Source: Octopus vulgaris (taxonomy: Eukaryota). Taken from it: a stretch of 64,000 bases of DNA. The stretch is taken from the NCBI GenBank assembly GCA_951406725.2, contig OX597819.1, positions 96,100,001 through 96,164,000 on the forward strand, given 5' to 3'. Under the pieces are notes generated by a model, which was given only the letters and a program-made list of their open reading frames with translations, had not been told where the DNA came from and did not search any database. Each line of letters begins with the position of its first letter. Positions within the stretch are counted from its first letter, which is position 1. Of this stretch, positions 29,270 through 43,924 are shown one piece after another. Both the position numbers and the translations under genes were made by a program.

Positions 29270-29615
29270 CAAACGAAGAAGGTCATAGAAAAGGTGAACT
29301 AAACATGGAAACTCGCTACCACTGCCCGGCTGGGAAACTGCACCTTGTAGGCCATCCATCATGCGGTCGAAACAACAAGAAACTTAAGACAGCCAATAAT
29401 GATCTTTGGAACATGGAATGTTAGAACTCGTGTTGACATTGACAGCGCCGACAGACCAGAAAGACGCTCTAGTCTCAAAAGAATAGGCTAAGGTCAATGT
29501 AGACATCGCAGCCCTGAGTGAAACACGGCTTTCAGGCGAAGGAAGTCTCGAAGAAACTGGTTCTGGCCATACATTCTTTTGGAAAGGTAAAGATGAAGGG
29601 GAGAGAAGAATCCAA
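29270..29615 (+). mobile_element. RTE-clade LINE 5' fragment (AP endonuclease start)
   Basis: From 29399: MIFGTWNVRT..DRPERRS..NVDIAALSETRLSGEGSLEE.GSGHTFFWKG. Confidence 0.85.
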
Positions 29616-29619
29616 AATT

Positions 29620-30830
29620 GGCCAACGATGTTGAATGTCTTTTATTGATTCTCTTGAAGCTGGCGACATAGTTCCGATAGCGATTCTTAAATGAATCAAC
29701 TGTTTGTCCAGTGTAAACATTGTGTGCCGATTAAGAATAGCATGGTACCTACTAGATTTAGGAAAGCATTTGTCTAAAGAGGCAAAACTTTTTCAGAGAT
29801 CTTGGTTGAAACATACGAATGGAAAATTGGGTTGAACCAGAGGACATTATATATCATTTTATATCTGTTGTTTGACTTATTTTATCTAGTGTGTTGTACA
29901 GGATTGGAACAATTTACTGTGTTATGAGCAGTAAATTATTGTGTCGTGTGTGTCTATGAATTTTCGTTGGTAGTTCATTGCTTTAACCAATTCGTCCTGG
30001 CCTGTATTCTCGATGTAAGTTCTCATACCGTAACGTTGTGATGGTGTGCAACGTGTGTTACTATTGGATGAATTGACAATGTTGTGTATGCTTGCTTCTT
30101 GTATATATTGAATTTTCTCACGGTACCCAACCCTAGCTAAAGCAGCATTATAATAAGCTGCATGTGATTCGAAATTTTTTTCATTAGCAGATAATCTAGA
30201 AAATCTTGTAGAAATACTTATCTAATCCCGTATTTTCGAGGGTGGATGGTTGGATGCTACATTTATGTACTTAATATGATCATTTGGTTTATGAAATGGT
30301 TCAAATAATCCAGTATCAAGACAGAAGGTAGCGTCAAGAAAATTTACTCTACGATAATCTTTTTCCATAATAATGTTTAGTCCTAAATTTTAAAAAATCT
30401 AAAGAAGTGTTTCCTATGTCTTTTTAATTGTACTTAACTACTTCTGTCCAGAAAGAATAGGGCGTCATCCCTATATAGATTCCTGTAACTTCCGAAAAGG
30501 TAAACTGGATTAATAATAGGATATATATTCCAATTAGGTCTGAGACCTGTGCAGAATCAGATGACCCCATTGCTATATCAAAAGCATTCTCCCTTTCTAA
30601 TCTACTCCATAATTTACCACAAAAATCTACTAAAGTGGCTCGCTCGACAAGTATTATATCTATTTCGTGTCGGGACAAATCAGAATTTTTCATGCTATAA
30701 ATCAGGGCTTTATTGAGAACGATCGGGTTATTAGTAGCGTAATAACTCCATATCTAATTGCAAGAATTTATTATTCTTGCTAATTTGTAGAAGCTTAAAC
30801 CATCCAGCCACCTCTTGGGTATCTGACCAG
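29620..30830 (-). mobile_element. Degenerate Penelope-like element RT/thumb region
   Basis: FDIAMGSSDSAQVSDLIGIYIL, KYINVASNHPPS, RFSRLSANE and VLWFNP occur in the order typical of PLE RTs. Confidence 0.82.
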
Positions 30831-31632
30831 AGGGGTAATCTAAATTTAGACCTAAGGGCGGGTAGTACTCTATCATACAGTAAAATTTAAGCACACCACC
30901 TCAACATGTTTTTACCTCGGCTTCAGTCCCGCCCTATAAGCAAATATCTCCCACTCCGTGATGGTTTTTTTTTCACTCTGAATCTAAGGTGAGTAACTCT
31001 AATGAATGAAAGAAATTTTTTTCATGGCTTTTAACCAGGATAATTTCGTTCTAGCTTTTAGAACAGCTGATCAGGTGTAATATTTTCAAACTTCCAGTGG
31101 GAAAGAACCCATGCTATACTTTTACTTTCAACCTTCCCTGATGACTGTCGTTGTTATCTTCAATTCCTGTATGAAACCAATTGGTAAAATAGGAGAATAT
31201 AATGTATCTTATAAATAATAAAACGTCCACTCAGTTACTTAATATATAAGTACTTGATTTATATATTAGGGACTAGTAGACCCAACAGCGTTTGGTAATC
31301 GGTGCGCATTCAAAGCCAGTGAATAGTAGTTGACGAAACCGGTGTGCCTTTGAATCCCTTTAATAATTCAAAATAATGACTTTATTTTTCTTAATTCTAC
31401 CTCAGTTCATCTAATTGTGTATATTAATCGTTACTTTTCATAAAAGAATCTTTATCTTTTTGGATATTTTTTTGATATTCAATGTGCATTTTCGGTTTTT
31501 TTCTTCTTACTTTCTTACTTCTTACTTTCCCACATAATTTTTCTACGGGAGGGGTGTACAGTTATATATATGCATTTTTTAATACATACATTCATTTATG
31601 AGTGTGTGTGTGTATGTATTTGTATATTTCTG

Positions 31633-31683
<51 letters not shown>

Positions 31684-31687
31684 ATAC

Positions 31688-31718
<31 letters not shown>

Positions 31719-31926
31719 TGTATGTATGTATGTATGTATGTATGTATGTATGTAGGTATATATATATATATAAACAACTTATAAGTAAGGGCTAAAGAAA
31801 ATTATTTCAATGCCAATATGCTGATAACAGACTATTAAATCGTCAATTTCCACATATAATTTACTCGCTACAGAAAAAACCGAAGAACTGAAATCGGGCA
31901 AGCCGGCCGATAGAATTTTTTTAAAA

Positions 31927-32002
31927 TTCGTTATTTCTATATTGAATCAATTTCGGAATTAATCTCGTAAAAGACTTATTCCTCTTCAGTAGAACTTACG
32001 AA
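31927..32002 (-). ncRNA. Type-I hammerhead ribozyme, intact (left-arm copy)
   Basis: Reverse complement of the motif at 32516-32591. Confidence 0.83.
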
Positions 32003-32515
32003 AGGATATAAATAAGATACCTACATGCGCCCATGGAAAAAGCCAAAGCAAAAATCATGAGTACATTTAAATACCCCAGATATATCTAAAAATAAAATTA
32101 TTTGGTCAGCCTCAGTACAACGTGTTAACTGTTCCCCACTACAGGTTATAGTGGTTACTAGTCCCTATAGCGAGTAGTAATAAGTCTATTACTAATATAG
32201 GATGAAGTTTTTTTTCCACAGAAAAAAATTCCATCAAAAAATGTGGCAGCATATTAAAATACCTTTACGGTTAAAATTATAAAATTATAAAATTTTCTGT
32301 AGAAAAAAAACTTCATCCTATATTAGTAGTAAACTTATTACCACTCGCTACAGGGACTGGTAACAACTATAACCTGTAGTGGGGAACAGTTAACACGTTG
32401 TACTGAGGCTGACCAAATAATTTTATTTTTAGATATATCTGGGATACTTAAATGTACTCATGATTTTTGCTTTGGCTTTTTCCATGGGCGCATGTAGGTA
32501 TCTTATTTATATCCT

Positions 32516-32591
32516 TTCGTAAGTTCTACTGAAGAGGAATAAGTCTTTTACGAGATTAATTCCGAAATTGATTCAATATAGAAATGACGAA
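32516..32591 (+). ncRNA. Type-I hammerhead ribozyme, intact (right-arm copy)
   Basis: UUCUA-CUGAAGA-GGAAU..AUUCC-GAA-AUUGAUUCAAU-A-UAGAA. Stem I extends through UUCGU/ACGAA. Predicted cut after 32578. Confidence 0.85.
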
Positions 32592-32844
32592 TTTTAAAAA
32601 AATTCTATCGGCCGGCTTGCCCGATTTCAGTTCTTCGGTTTTTCTGTAGCGAGTAAATTATATGTGGAAATTGACGATTTAATAGTCTGTTATCAGCATA
32701 TTGGCATTGAAATAATTTTCTTTAGCCCTTACTTATAAGTTGTTTATAATTTTAACTGTAAAGGTATTTTAATATGCTGCCACATTTTTTGATGGAATTT
32801 TTTTCTGTAGAAAAAAAAAACTTCATCCTATATTAGTAGTAGAC

Positions 32845-32945
<101 letters not shown>

Positions 32946-33204
32946 ATTTCGGGATGGTCATTTTATTTTATTTCATTTTATTTGCCAAATAAATATACGC
33001 ACTATATATTGTTTCTTCACTCGTTTATTACCGTTCTTATTTTATTATTCTAACTCACGTCCATTGTCTGGAAATCTTTCGTCATACATCTGTGACTTCT
33101 TAAGTGACACTTTTCGTTTTCATGTGTGTTCTTGCTCCGCTTACTCCATTCTGTTCTTCTAAAACGTGTATCCTTATGTGCATATGCGTTTGTGCCCCTG
33201 TTTG

Positions 33205-33520
33205 TTTGCTTATTTATTTGTTTTATGTGTGTGTGTGAGTGTGTGTGTATATGTATGTGTGTGCATGCTGTGTGTGTATGTCATAGTTTTTAGCAGCAGT
33301 ATGGCTTTCCCCTCGATCCTTATCTTCTCATCCCATTGTGATGCTGCTGTCCTAAACACCCTTTCTTTTCAGGTCTTAGGACAACAGCAGCACAATGGGA
33401 TGAAAGGATGGGGCTGAGGGGCAGGCCACACTGCCGCAAAAACTATGATACAAACATAAACATGCACACACATATATCTACACACGCACAGACACACACA
33501 AACAAAGAAAATAAAGAAAA
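33205..33520. repeat. Diverged palindrome centred near 33365, with a hammerhead remnant
   Basis: tcatcccattgtgatgctgctgtcctaa pairs with ttaggacaacagcagcacaatgggatga. The right arm has CTGAGG-GGCAG..CTGCC-GCAAA. Confidence 0.7.
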
Positions 33521-34593
33521 TATTAAGTATTTACTTGAATTACTTCATGGGAGTCACTTCAACAGCCGCTGTTGAACTAAACACAGTTACTTGGTTATAC
33601 ATACGATAAGTAGCAGCTATTAACAGCACACGTGGTTGGTAGAGAAGAAGAAAGGACGAAGAAAAGAATTAGTTACTTTATATATCAACGAAAAATAACA
33701 GCTATCCCAGAAAGTTAAGCTATATTGTTTATTTGTTTGTGTTTGTGTGTGTGTGTGTGTTAATGAAAGATGAAAAGGAGATGAAGGTGTGTAACAAATG
33801 TATCAGAGTAGAGTTCGAGCGGGGTCTATCCACTGATTAAGATTGGATTATTGGATGATATGTTATCTCATAAATCACTGTCAATGCGCTGATTAAATGA
33901 ATACGAAAGTAAGCAGAGAAGATTCGTCGAGACTGGCTTCTCCAGGAACCATACGCTCACTTATATCGACTGATATATACAGAATAAATATTCAATAACT
34001 GATATCTCACTTCCACCTATACATAATGTATTAGTTTCAGCAATAAATGAATAATTGTAGAAAAGGTGGTTTTTAATAAAACGTGTTGGCCTCTGCCAAT
34101 GAAGGGCTCCAGCGTTGCTTGAAATAGATATTTTCTGAAGATATAGAGTTACGTTTGATTTCTAATTACCAACTTTATTCTCAATCAATTCCTTATATGA
34201 AATTCTTTATTGATCTCCGAATAGTTATGGTGGTTAAGGATTCACATTACCCAAGTTAGATTGTTGCAAAAGACATACTCATTAGAAATATGAGCGCTTA
34301 TTAATTTCTTCGGGGTCATATGAGGTTAGTTCAGGTTTTGGTTTTGTCCAAAATGATTCATAACACGTTATTTTAGGGAATTCTTTATGACTAGAAGATT
34401 ATACGAGTTCCCATATTATTTCATTCTCGTCTTTTATCATTCTGATTTCAGGAACAAGCAAACAATTTAATTTTAGAATTTGTTGGTATATGTTTGCATT
34501 CCTCATTATTAGCTCAAAGTTTGGTATTTAGTTTCAGGAAAGATATTGCACAAAGCTAACCAAAATCATACAAATTGAGAAGAAAAATGTTAT

Positions 34594-35102
<509 letters not shown>

Positions 35103-35112
35103 CATATATATG

Positions 35113-35146
<34 letters not shown>

Positions 35147-35427
35147 TGTATATATGTATGTATGTATATATGTATGTATGTATGTATGTACGTATGTATG
35201 TATGTGTGTGCATATATATAAACCATGCATATATACATATATAGACATATACATACACACATTCACTCATGTGTACGTGAATATATATATTTAAATACAT
35301 ACACGCACACACATATACATGTATGCGTATGCGTATATATATATATATACATACATATCTATGTATGTATGTATGTATGTATGTATGTATGTATGTATGT
35401 ATGTATGTATGTATGTATGTATCTATC

Positions 35428-35489
<62 letters not shown>

Positions 35490-35493
35490 CCTA

Positions 35494-35541
<48 letters not shown>

Positions 35542-36169
35542 CCTATCTATCTCTCTCTCTATCTATCTATCTATCTATCTACTACATAGATAAATTACAC
35601 ACACACACACACACACACGCACACACACACACACACACACATGCTCTCACATATATATATATATGTATGTCTATTATATAAAATGTTGACAATTTACTCT
35701 GACTTTCGACTCGGCCTGGACTGTTGCTTGAGTACCTTATTTACAACACAAAATATGGAGTTGATAAAATATATCGGGGAGGATTAGCAATAAATATAAT
35801 ACTTATAAAAAAGATAAAATATAGAGAGGTTGATAAAATAAATATTGACTAGATAAGAATATGAAGCAGTTCATGATATATACTTCATAAAATAAATATA
35901 CATTTGGAAAGTAAACACATAGTTGGTAAAATAATATACAATTGGTAAAAAAAAAATAGGTTGTTTATAAAAGAGATGTACGAATGATAAAATAAATATA
36001 CAGTTGGTAAAGTAAACCTATATTTTGCAAAATATATATTATTTTTTTAAAATTTTCAAAGAAATGTCTTTCTTATTTATTTTTTAGTGCATATTTTTAT
36101 CTTATTTTCTTAATTTTTAAAATTAAAATCTTAATCTATTTCCTCTTTTCATCTTTGTCTCTCCCCCCC

Positions 36170-36217
<48 letters not shown>

Positions 36218-36222
<5 letters not shown>

Positions 36223-36400
36223 ATCCAAACATGAAAACACAATAACGCGAGGACGTGGAACAAGTATAGTATTATTGGATGCTCAGGAAAGAAGGAGGGT
36301 TTAACGTTTAGAGCGGAGCTCTTCGTCAGAAACATAGGAAAAGGGAAGATCCAAAGAAGGGATGACGGAGGAAAAAAAATCGCCAACGGTACACACGCGG
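36218..36400 (-). mobile_element. TA-associated short element with minimal hammerhead (36299-36333, G12 mutated)
   Basis: GUUU-CUGACGA-aGAGCuccGCUC-uAA-ACGU-U-AAAC. Homologous to 41445-41590. Confidence 0.72.
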
Positions 36401-36450
<50 letters not shown>

Positions 36451-36473
36451 GTATGTATATGTATATATATATA

Positions 36474-36636
36474 CAACGGGCTTCTTTCAGTTTCCATCTA
36501 CCAAATTCCCCCACAAGGCTTTGGTCGGCCCGAGACTATAGTAGAAGACACTTCCCCAAGGTGTCACGCAGTGAGATTGAACCCGGAACTATGTGGTTGG
36601 GAACCAAGCTTCTTACTACACAGCTACTTCTGCGCC

Positions 36637-36637
<1 letters not shown>
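36474..36637 (-). mobile_element. tRNA-derived SINE family 2, 5' half
   Basis: Minus strand has A-box-like TAGCTGTGTAG and B-box GGTTCAATC. Homologous to 57760-57918, 38188-38310 and 12067-12098. Confidence 0.85.
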
Positions 36638-36668
<31 letters not shown>

Positions 36669-36674
36669 AATATT

Positions 36675-37065
36675 TTGTTGTGTCTTGGGAGGGTCATTAT
36701 GCCAGCAATAATAACACACGCATTGGTTCAATATCATTTCTTTATTGTTAGTCAACTGGTTAAATATCTAACCGATTAAGTAATCAATTGTTTGTTTAAT
36801 GTTTAATCAATCGATCGTTTGTTTAGCATGCGGATTCTGCTCCGCCAGGGGCATGTGCAACCATCTTTTTCACCTGATTGCTGTTCTCTGGATCCTGGGT
36901 GAGTATAGTCCAGCCACTCCGGGGTTCTGTGGGGCTCTTCTTCGCTGCCGATATGATGGTGGGTGGACTTTCCCGTTCGGAACTGGTGGGATAGAACCAG
37001 CATTATTGAATTATAAAGAAATGATATTGAACCAGCGCGTGTGTTATTATTATTAGCATAATAAT
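36675..37065. mobile_element. PLE-terminus-like element with about 45-bp inverted repeat
   Basis: 36699-36743 matches the reverse complement of 37014-37060. The left end resembles 32940 and 40740. Confidence 0.6.
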
Positions 37066-38187
37066 CGTTATTGCCAGTGCATTGGCGATAACTTTCAGTA
37101 ACTGTTATGTATCATCTATTAGTGATGGAACAAGCCAAGTGGGATGAAACAGGAGAAACTGTTCATAGAATAGTGATCCTATTTAGAGAATATAAATTCT
37201 ATATTTGCTAGCGGGGATAAACTCCCACATCTTCAAGAGGGGATAAACCATACATTGAAAATGAAGTTAGTTCAAAGTCATATACTCAGCAAGTGTCAGT
37301 TTAACGATAATGAAATTTTCTTTTACGAGGATGATAGAGATTAATCAACAAAAGCTGATTACCACGCTAAAGAGTTCGATATAGAAAGCATAGTTCATGC
37401 TACAAAACTTATGAAAAAATCTTGACCTGCAGATTACTTTTACTTTCTTTCTCGCCTCTGCTACAACATATCTGATTAGCATTCCTCATGTGGCTCTGTT
37501 GCAACTCTGATGCTTTATGAAAAGAAGCGAGAATTAATCTTAGTCGATTCAACTGAGGTCAGTGTATCACAATGATATGAAGAAATATCTCTAGTCTGAA
37601 GCCGAGTTCTATATTCAAGAATGAGAAAATCTGAAAAAAAAAACCAAAACGTTATGGCATTTTTTTTTCACCACAGCTCACTAACATAACCAGTTTTATG
37701 CTTATATTTGGTGATTGATTTATGCAGATGCAAACGACGATTAACCTTCTCAATGCTTGATATTTCATGTTTACCACACGAAAAGATAATCTATAGATGG
37801 CGGTATGGAAGAAGAAGAATAAAAATAGAGAGGTATTAGGAAAACGATGAGGAGCAAGAGAATATTGTTAGGAGAAAAGGTAACAGGACAGAAGAAAGAT
37901 TGTCGAGAAAAAGCTACAAATTCAAGACAAGAAAGAACAAAAAGATGAAAATAACTAAAGAAGACAGAAGCCATAATTAGGGACTGACGGCTGATATTAG
38001 GGTGGTCTGAAGATGAAAGAAATGGAGAATGAATAGCTTAACAATAGAAAAAAAGCGGAGAATAGGTGGGGCAAAAATAATTGCAGAGAGTAGGAGTGAA
38101 ATGCTGGAGAAAAAAAGAAGTTATTCAAACCAGTTGAAATAGCTTGAAGAATATCACAAATTCCTCAGAGAAAAAAGACATTAGTAG

Positions 38188-38310
38188 CAGGTGCAGGTAT
38201 GGAAGTGTGATTGAAAACTTCGCTTCACAACCACATCGTCGTGAAATCGGTCCCACAGAGTGAAATCTTAAGCATATGTCTTTTGCTATATCTTCAGGAT
38301 GACCAATAAA
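38188..38310 (+). mobile_element. Diverged SINE family 2 head
   Basis: Similar to the reverse complement of 36474-36637. Confidence 0.6.
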
Positions 38311-38316
38311 AGAATA

Positions 38317-38414
<98 letters not shown>

Positions 38415-38443
38415 CCTACCTACCTACCTACCTACCTACCTAT

Positions 38444-38499
<56 letters not shown>

Positions 38500-38594
38500 A
38501 CGTGTATACACTCACACATCTTTTCGTTTATCCGTTAACACTAGTCCACTTGAGTTATTCTCCACTTCCCCTCTATAAGAACAACTACACCAGT

Positions 38595-38895
38595 ATGATG
38601 TAATGTAGGTTTCAACAACGTTATATCAATTACATATCACTCTTTAGACATATAGAAACGAAGCATACAACGTACTCGAATTATACGTGGCATCTGAAAG
38701 AACGTAATGCCGATTTTTGAACTCACACGGAATAACGTTAAAGAGATGCAGACCATAGATTAACATAACAATAAGTGCAACATACGTGTAACTGAAGAGA
38801 GACTTATATTGAATAACCTCTACAGTTCCGCGAATAACCAAATTATAAGATCAGCGTTGTTCGCGAAATGTCACCACTTTGTAAATACATACTGT
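38595..38895 (+). mobile_element. Penelope-like GIY-YIG endonuclease C-terminal remnant
   Basis: FQQRY.N....FRH...Y.W.LKE..LKRCRP..KCN..RSALFAKCHH follows the PLE endonuclease end pattern. Confidence 0.65.
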
Positions 38896-39551
38896 ACTAA
38901 AATTTTGGCAATGTATAAGTACCAGCTTAAACACTCTAACATTCGACTTTCACGTAATCTATTTACAACAGCTGATCTGTTCCTTCGTATTTCATTTCAT
39001 AATATTTCATAATAGGCAACGTAATATTGTCCAACTGTCCTATAATGGTTATTTCTATCCAGTATCTTTGATTGATTTGGTATCTTTTAGTTTTATTCAG
39101 TTTCTTTGATTTATTTTTCTTTATCAAAAACCTCAAAAACTTTTACAGATGCTGTTACTAATTCTAATTCTGAGCAGATTATACTTTGCTTACTTTTCTC
39201 TTAGTTTTCAAGGTTTTACCGTATATTAAAAGCTGCGAAACCTTTGACGATCCAAAGTAACACAACTTGAACGTTTTCAAAGAATTGTGCCTCAGGTAAC
39301 ATTTCCTTTAATACATATACTAAGATATTCTACATGTGTACGTGCGCACACTCACATGCACACACTCACACATGCACACACTCACACACACACACACAAA
39401 CACATGCACACACTCACACAGTTGTACTGTATATACGTTTCATATACATATATGTGTGTGTGTTTGTGCGTGTATATGCATACATCTATACATCTATATG
39501 TATGCACATACATATGTGTGTATGAGTGATTATGTGCGTGTGTATTGCCTA

Positions 39552-39636
<85 letters not shown>

Positions 39637-40606
39637 ATATATTCCCTCTCTGTATATCTGCGTATGTGTGTGTGGGTGGGTGTGTGCGTGCGTGTGTGTG
39701 GGTTATATCTACGGATAATTCCCAAATTATTCTCTCTGACAAAATATCTTCCCTTTTCATTCATACTATTTCACTCTTGTTTACTTCACATTACTCCTCT
39801 GTTTTCTCTCTTGCATATGTGCATGTATGTATGTATGTATGTATGTATGTATGTATGTATGTATGTATGTATGTATGTATGTATGTATGTATGTATTTGT
39901 GTGTGCGTGCGCGCGCGCGTGCATGCGTGTGTGTGTGTGTGTGTCTGTGTGTACTTACGTATGTGTGTTTGTGAGTTTAATCGTGTTTATGAGTGTATAT
40001 CTGTTTTGCGAAGTGTGTGTGCGTGCACATGGTGCCTGAAGTTCTTGGCTGTAATTATTCGTCAGAGTGAATTTCATTTAACTTTTATTTTTTGATAAAA
40101 GGTCACTCGAAGACATTTATCTTAATATTCCGTTCTCTGTCTGTCCGTCTGTCTGTTTGGCCACCCCTCCCTCCCCTTACTCTTCCAGTGTTTTCTTTCA
40201 ATGTTTTCAATCATTTGCATTATATGTCATTTTAGCAGAATTTATTATTATTTCTTTTTTTTGATTCCAGACAGGATAAAAGTCAAGAGGACTTCATTAT
40301 CGGAACCAATCAAACTGACAGGCTGTGTTCCGTGCATCGAAATATTCTATTTCGTCTTTAGGAAATGCTTCTTTGAAAAGACTTACTAATTTAAGGATAG
40401 TTAAACTAGTTTCGTGTTTTTGTTGTTCGTCTGATGAGGATCGACCCCGAGCCACGAGAGTGGAAGGAAGCAGTGGACTTAATCATGTTTATGCTCAGTG
40501 AAGTTTGTTTTAATTGCCGGACAGGCATTTTGTTGCACACGACTATATAAACATAGATAGAAGCCATCTTATTTACACACACACACACACACACACTTAC
40601 ACACAC

Positions 40607-40682
<76 letters not shown>

Positions 40683-40735
40683 GTTTAAATATTTGTTGTG
40701 CAAGATTTTTTATGTGAAGTCGTGTGTTGAAACAG

Positions 40736-40976
40736 ATATTGTTATATTTCGAATGGTCATATTGCCAGTTTAGCCAATAAAAACACACGCACTATATATT
40801 TGGTGTTATTTTGCTTCAGTGATATTTATTTTTATTTTTTACATTAATCTTAATCTTTGGCCGAAATAAGATTAAGATTAATGTAAAAAATAAATATCAC
40901 TGAAGCAAAATAACACCAAATATATAGTGCGTGTGTTTTTATTGGCTAAACTGGCAATATGACCATTCCGAAATAT

Positions 40977-40985
<9 letters not shown>
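40736..40985. repeat. Near-perfect palindrome with about 118-bp arms between TA arrays
   Basis: gaatggtcatattgccagtttagccaataaaaacacacgcac.. is exactly mirrored. Loop at about 40858-40868. Confidence 0.92.
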
Positions 40986-41043
<58 letters not shown>

Positions 41044-41174
41044 TATCACAATGATAAATATCAGAGTGAGTTATCAACAGTAGCAGAAACACATCGTGAT
41101 GTAAATATGCCATATATGTAAAAAGTATATGTATTTGTAAAGAGAACCTCCTTCCTATCGACAACTGTGATTGT

Positions 41175-41219
41175 CACACGCTGATGATAGGTCAATACCT
41201 TGAAACTCGGGTCCGTGTG
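41175..41219 (+). ncRNA. Type-I hammerhead ribozyme, intact core, in element 41045-41385
   Basis: CACACG-CUGAUGA-uAGGUcaauACCUu-GAA-ACUCGGGU-C-CGUGUG with a GUC site. 18-bp perfect inverted repeat at 41096-41113/41366-41383. Confidence 0.85.
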
Positions 41220-41378
41220 TATCATAAGTTGAAGACGGGAAGGATGGCTTCCCTTTGCAAATACTGATAGGGCACAGAAAGTGTGTCTACAGCCAGCTGG
41301 AGGAGATGTCTTCCTGGGGTTAAAAACTACAGTAGCATCCACGCTTAGGGGTTAGCCATATTCAAATGGCATATTTAC

Positions 41379-41444
<66 letters not shown>

Positions 41445-41449
<5 letters not shown>

Positions 41450-41590
41450 ATCCAAACATGAAAACACAAAGAGAAAACACAACAACGCGAGGATGTGGAA
41501 CAAATATAGTATTATTGGACGCTCAGGAAGGAAGGGAAGAAGGGTTTAATGTTTCGAGCGGAGCTCTTCGTCGGAAACATATGAGAAGGA
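41445..41590 (-). mobile_element. TA-associated short element with minimal hammerhead (41544-41578, mutated)
   Basis: GUUU-CCGACGA-aGAGCuccGCUC-GAAAC-AUU-AAAC. Homolog of 36218-36400. Confidence 0.72.
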
Positions 41591-42807
41591 ATATATATAT
41601 ATACGCACACATATATCTGTTTTTCTCTCTGTCTCCCTCTATTTCTACATAAACATATACAAACATAAACACGTATGTGTACCAGCGCACACACTCACAC
41701 ATGCACATATTGTTTTTGTGTTTGTTTTGGAAAATTCCTGACCGAAAAATCTTACATAAAAAATTTTTCATACAAAAAGATTAACTGCAATTTCTGGTGG
41801 TATTGATAGTACCCTCGGGCTAATAAAACACATGCATTGCTTGTAGTTCATTACTCTATTTTTTATTAACTTATCGGATGGTTAATAGTAAAGCAGAAGC
41901 GAACTTAACAACTCGTGTCTGTATTTTGATAATAATTGTAAAGCCAGTTTTTGAAGTAATTCTACACATGCATGCATTTTTGTTTGTATGAACAGCGATA
42001 GGTGACTTGGGAAGAAGTGGAGGACAAATTTTGGTTTGTTTGCTTCTTTAACTGATCTCTTTAAATAGAAAACCAACCCATCATTTCAAGGCCGCCCAGT
42101 TCGTTCCTTTTGACGCATTGTCAAAAGCAAGCATTTTGTTTATAGAAAACATATGACATAAATATATATATTTACGGAATTTACATTGCATACTGGATTA
42201 TTTTCACGAATGGTTCATCTTACCAGTTTATCTTAGTCACATTTTTTGTTAAAAGCTTCAACTAGAAACTATCTGAAAATAATATAAAAATAAAAATAAG
42301 TTACAAATATATAGAAATTCAGTGTGTAATCTTTATGCAGCGTAGTGCACCCGTTAGCTGAAATAATATCTGCAAAAGTCGGCAGTTAGAATGGGGGTGT
42401 CAAAAAAATAATTCAATAACTCTGAATAACTTTAGTGACTGACCTCTGAAATGTAGGTTATGTTATGAAAATATAGCTTTTGTTGTTATATAAAGAGAAA
42501 TCCATACACACATAACTTCAGCTTTGCAACTAATAATTGAAGTCAGACACAAAACAAGATTTTTCACTTCATGGAGTAACATCCACTGAGTTCTAGGTCT
42601 TGAACTTAAACTAGAACGGAAAACCATAAATGAAATTGTTAAAGTTAAAAGTTTCACTGATAATACAAATAAATGTACAAAATATTTCATAGTAGACGAA
42701 ACAGGATGTGGCGTCGTTAATTTTTTTCCCTCTGTTGCAGTCCGAGTGAAATATCTAGCTTTAACAAAAATATGTATGGTAGGCAACGATACATGCATAT
42801 TATTTTC

Positions 42808-43050
42808 CGCAAGCTGGCAGAATCGTTAGCACACCATAATGCTTAGCAGCATATCTTCCGGCTATTTACGTCTTGTGTTCAAATACTGGCGAGGTCGACT
42901 TTGTGTTTGATCTTTTCGAGAGTTGATAAAATGAGTACCAGTTGATCTCTTGGCTCGACTTTGCCTTTCATCCTTTCGTGATCGAGTAAGCAAGTATCGA
43001 CTAGCACCCTCCCACACAGTTTAAGGCCTTGTGCCTATAGTAGAAAAGAC
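42808..43050 (+). mobile_element. tRNA-derived SINE family 1, diverged, with internal duplication
   Basis: gctggcagaatcgttagc head; tcgactttg..tttgatc/tttcatcc occurs twice; tail aggccttgtgcctatagtagaaa. Confidence 0.8.
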
Positions 43051-43924
43051 TTAAGTTTACCTACTGTCCCTTATGTTTAATGATTGCAATTATTTATAAT
43101 TTTCACTCAATCTATCCTTATTTCAGTTCAACAATATTCTTACGACTGTTAGACTTTTCAATTTCGTATAACTTCACAAATTTCTTCAACTTAGCTAAAC
43201 TCTATAACCCATAAATATATATCTGCCGTTTTCAGTCACACAAGTTCTAATTTATCTTTATCGATTCAAATTTTAACTTCTCGAAAATATATTCACACAT
43301 ATAATAATTGGAATATCTTCATATCAAATAGCTTCTTTCATTTCAACTTAAAACGTGTGTCACTCTTTAAATTCAAGTCAATAAATGAACTAAGTATTGC
43401 CAGATTTTACGCAGATATCAAAGTTAACGGTAGTATTTTCAGAATTTACTATAAACTTATGTCTATAGCTTACCCTTGAATTGTTGACCTTTATCTAAAT
43501 ATAGAATGCAACGGTTTTCAAATTTTGCTCCAGGAATTTGTTAAATTTTCCCTGTAACTGTTATCTCTTCCATAGTGTTCTACTTTTCCTTTATAATTAT
43601 TTTCCTTCATTCCAAGTAAATAAATAATTCAATGAAATGTTTGCCCCTATAAATTCTTAAAACTTTAACGATGAATAAAACAATTTTATAAACTCATATA
43701 AAAATATCAGACTTTTTTTTATATATTGTGTCCATTACTTAGTTTTTAACCACTATTGATCACAAAAACAAGTGTAGAAGGATATCCTGTAACACACACA
43801 CACGTACACACGTACACACAGACAGACACAGACACACACACACGCACACACACACATAAACACACAAACATATACACACACACTCTCTCTCTCTTACATA
43901 CACTTACTCACACACATACACACA

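Noticed and set aside
36474-36637. tRNA genes at A/B-box sites
   Set aside because: No cloverleaf. These are heads of multi-copy SINEs.
40425-40475. CTGATGA as a hammerhead core
   Set aside because: No GAAA or stems in register. It looks more like a decayed SINE head on the minus strand.
41882-42798. Minus-strand hydrophobic ORFs and splice-like sites
   Set aside because: No recognisable family and no consistent multi-exon frame could be built by eye.
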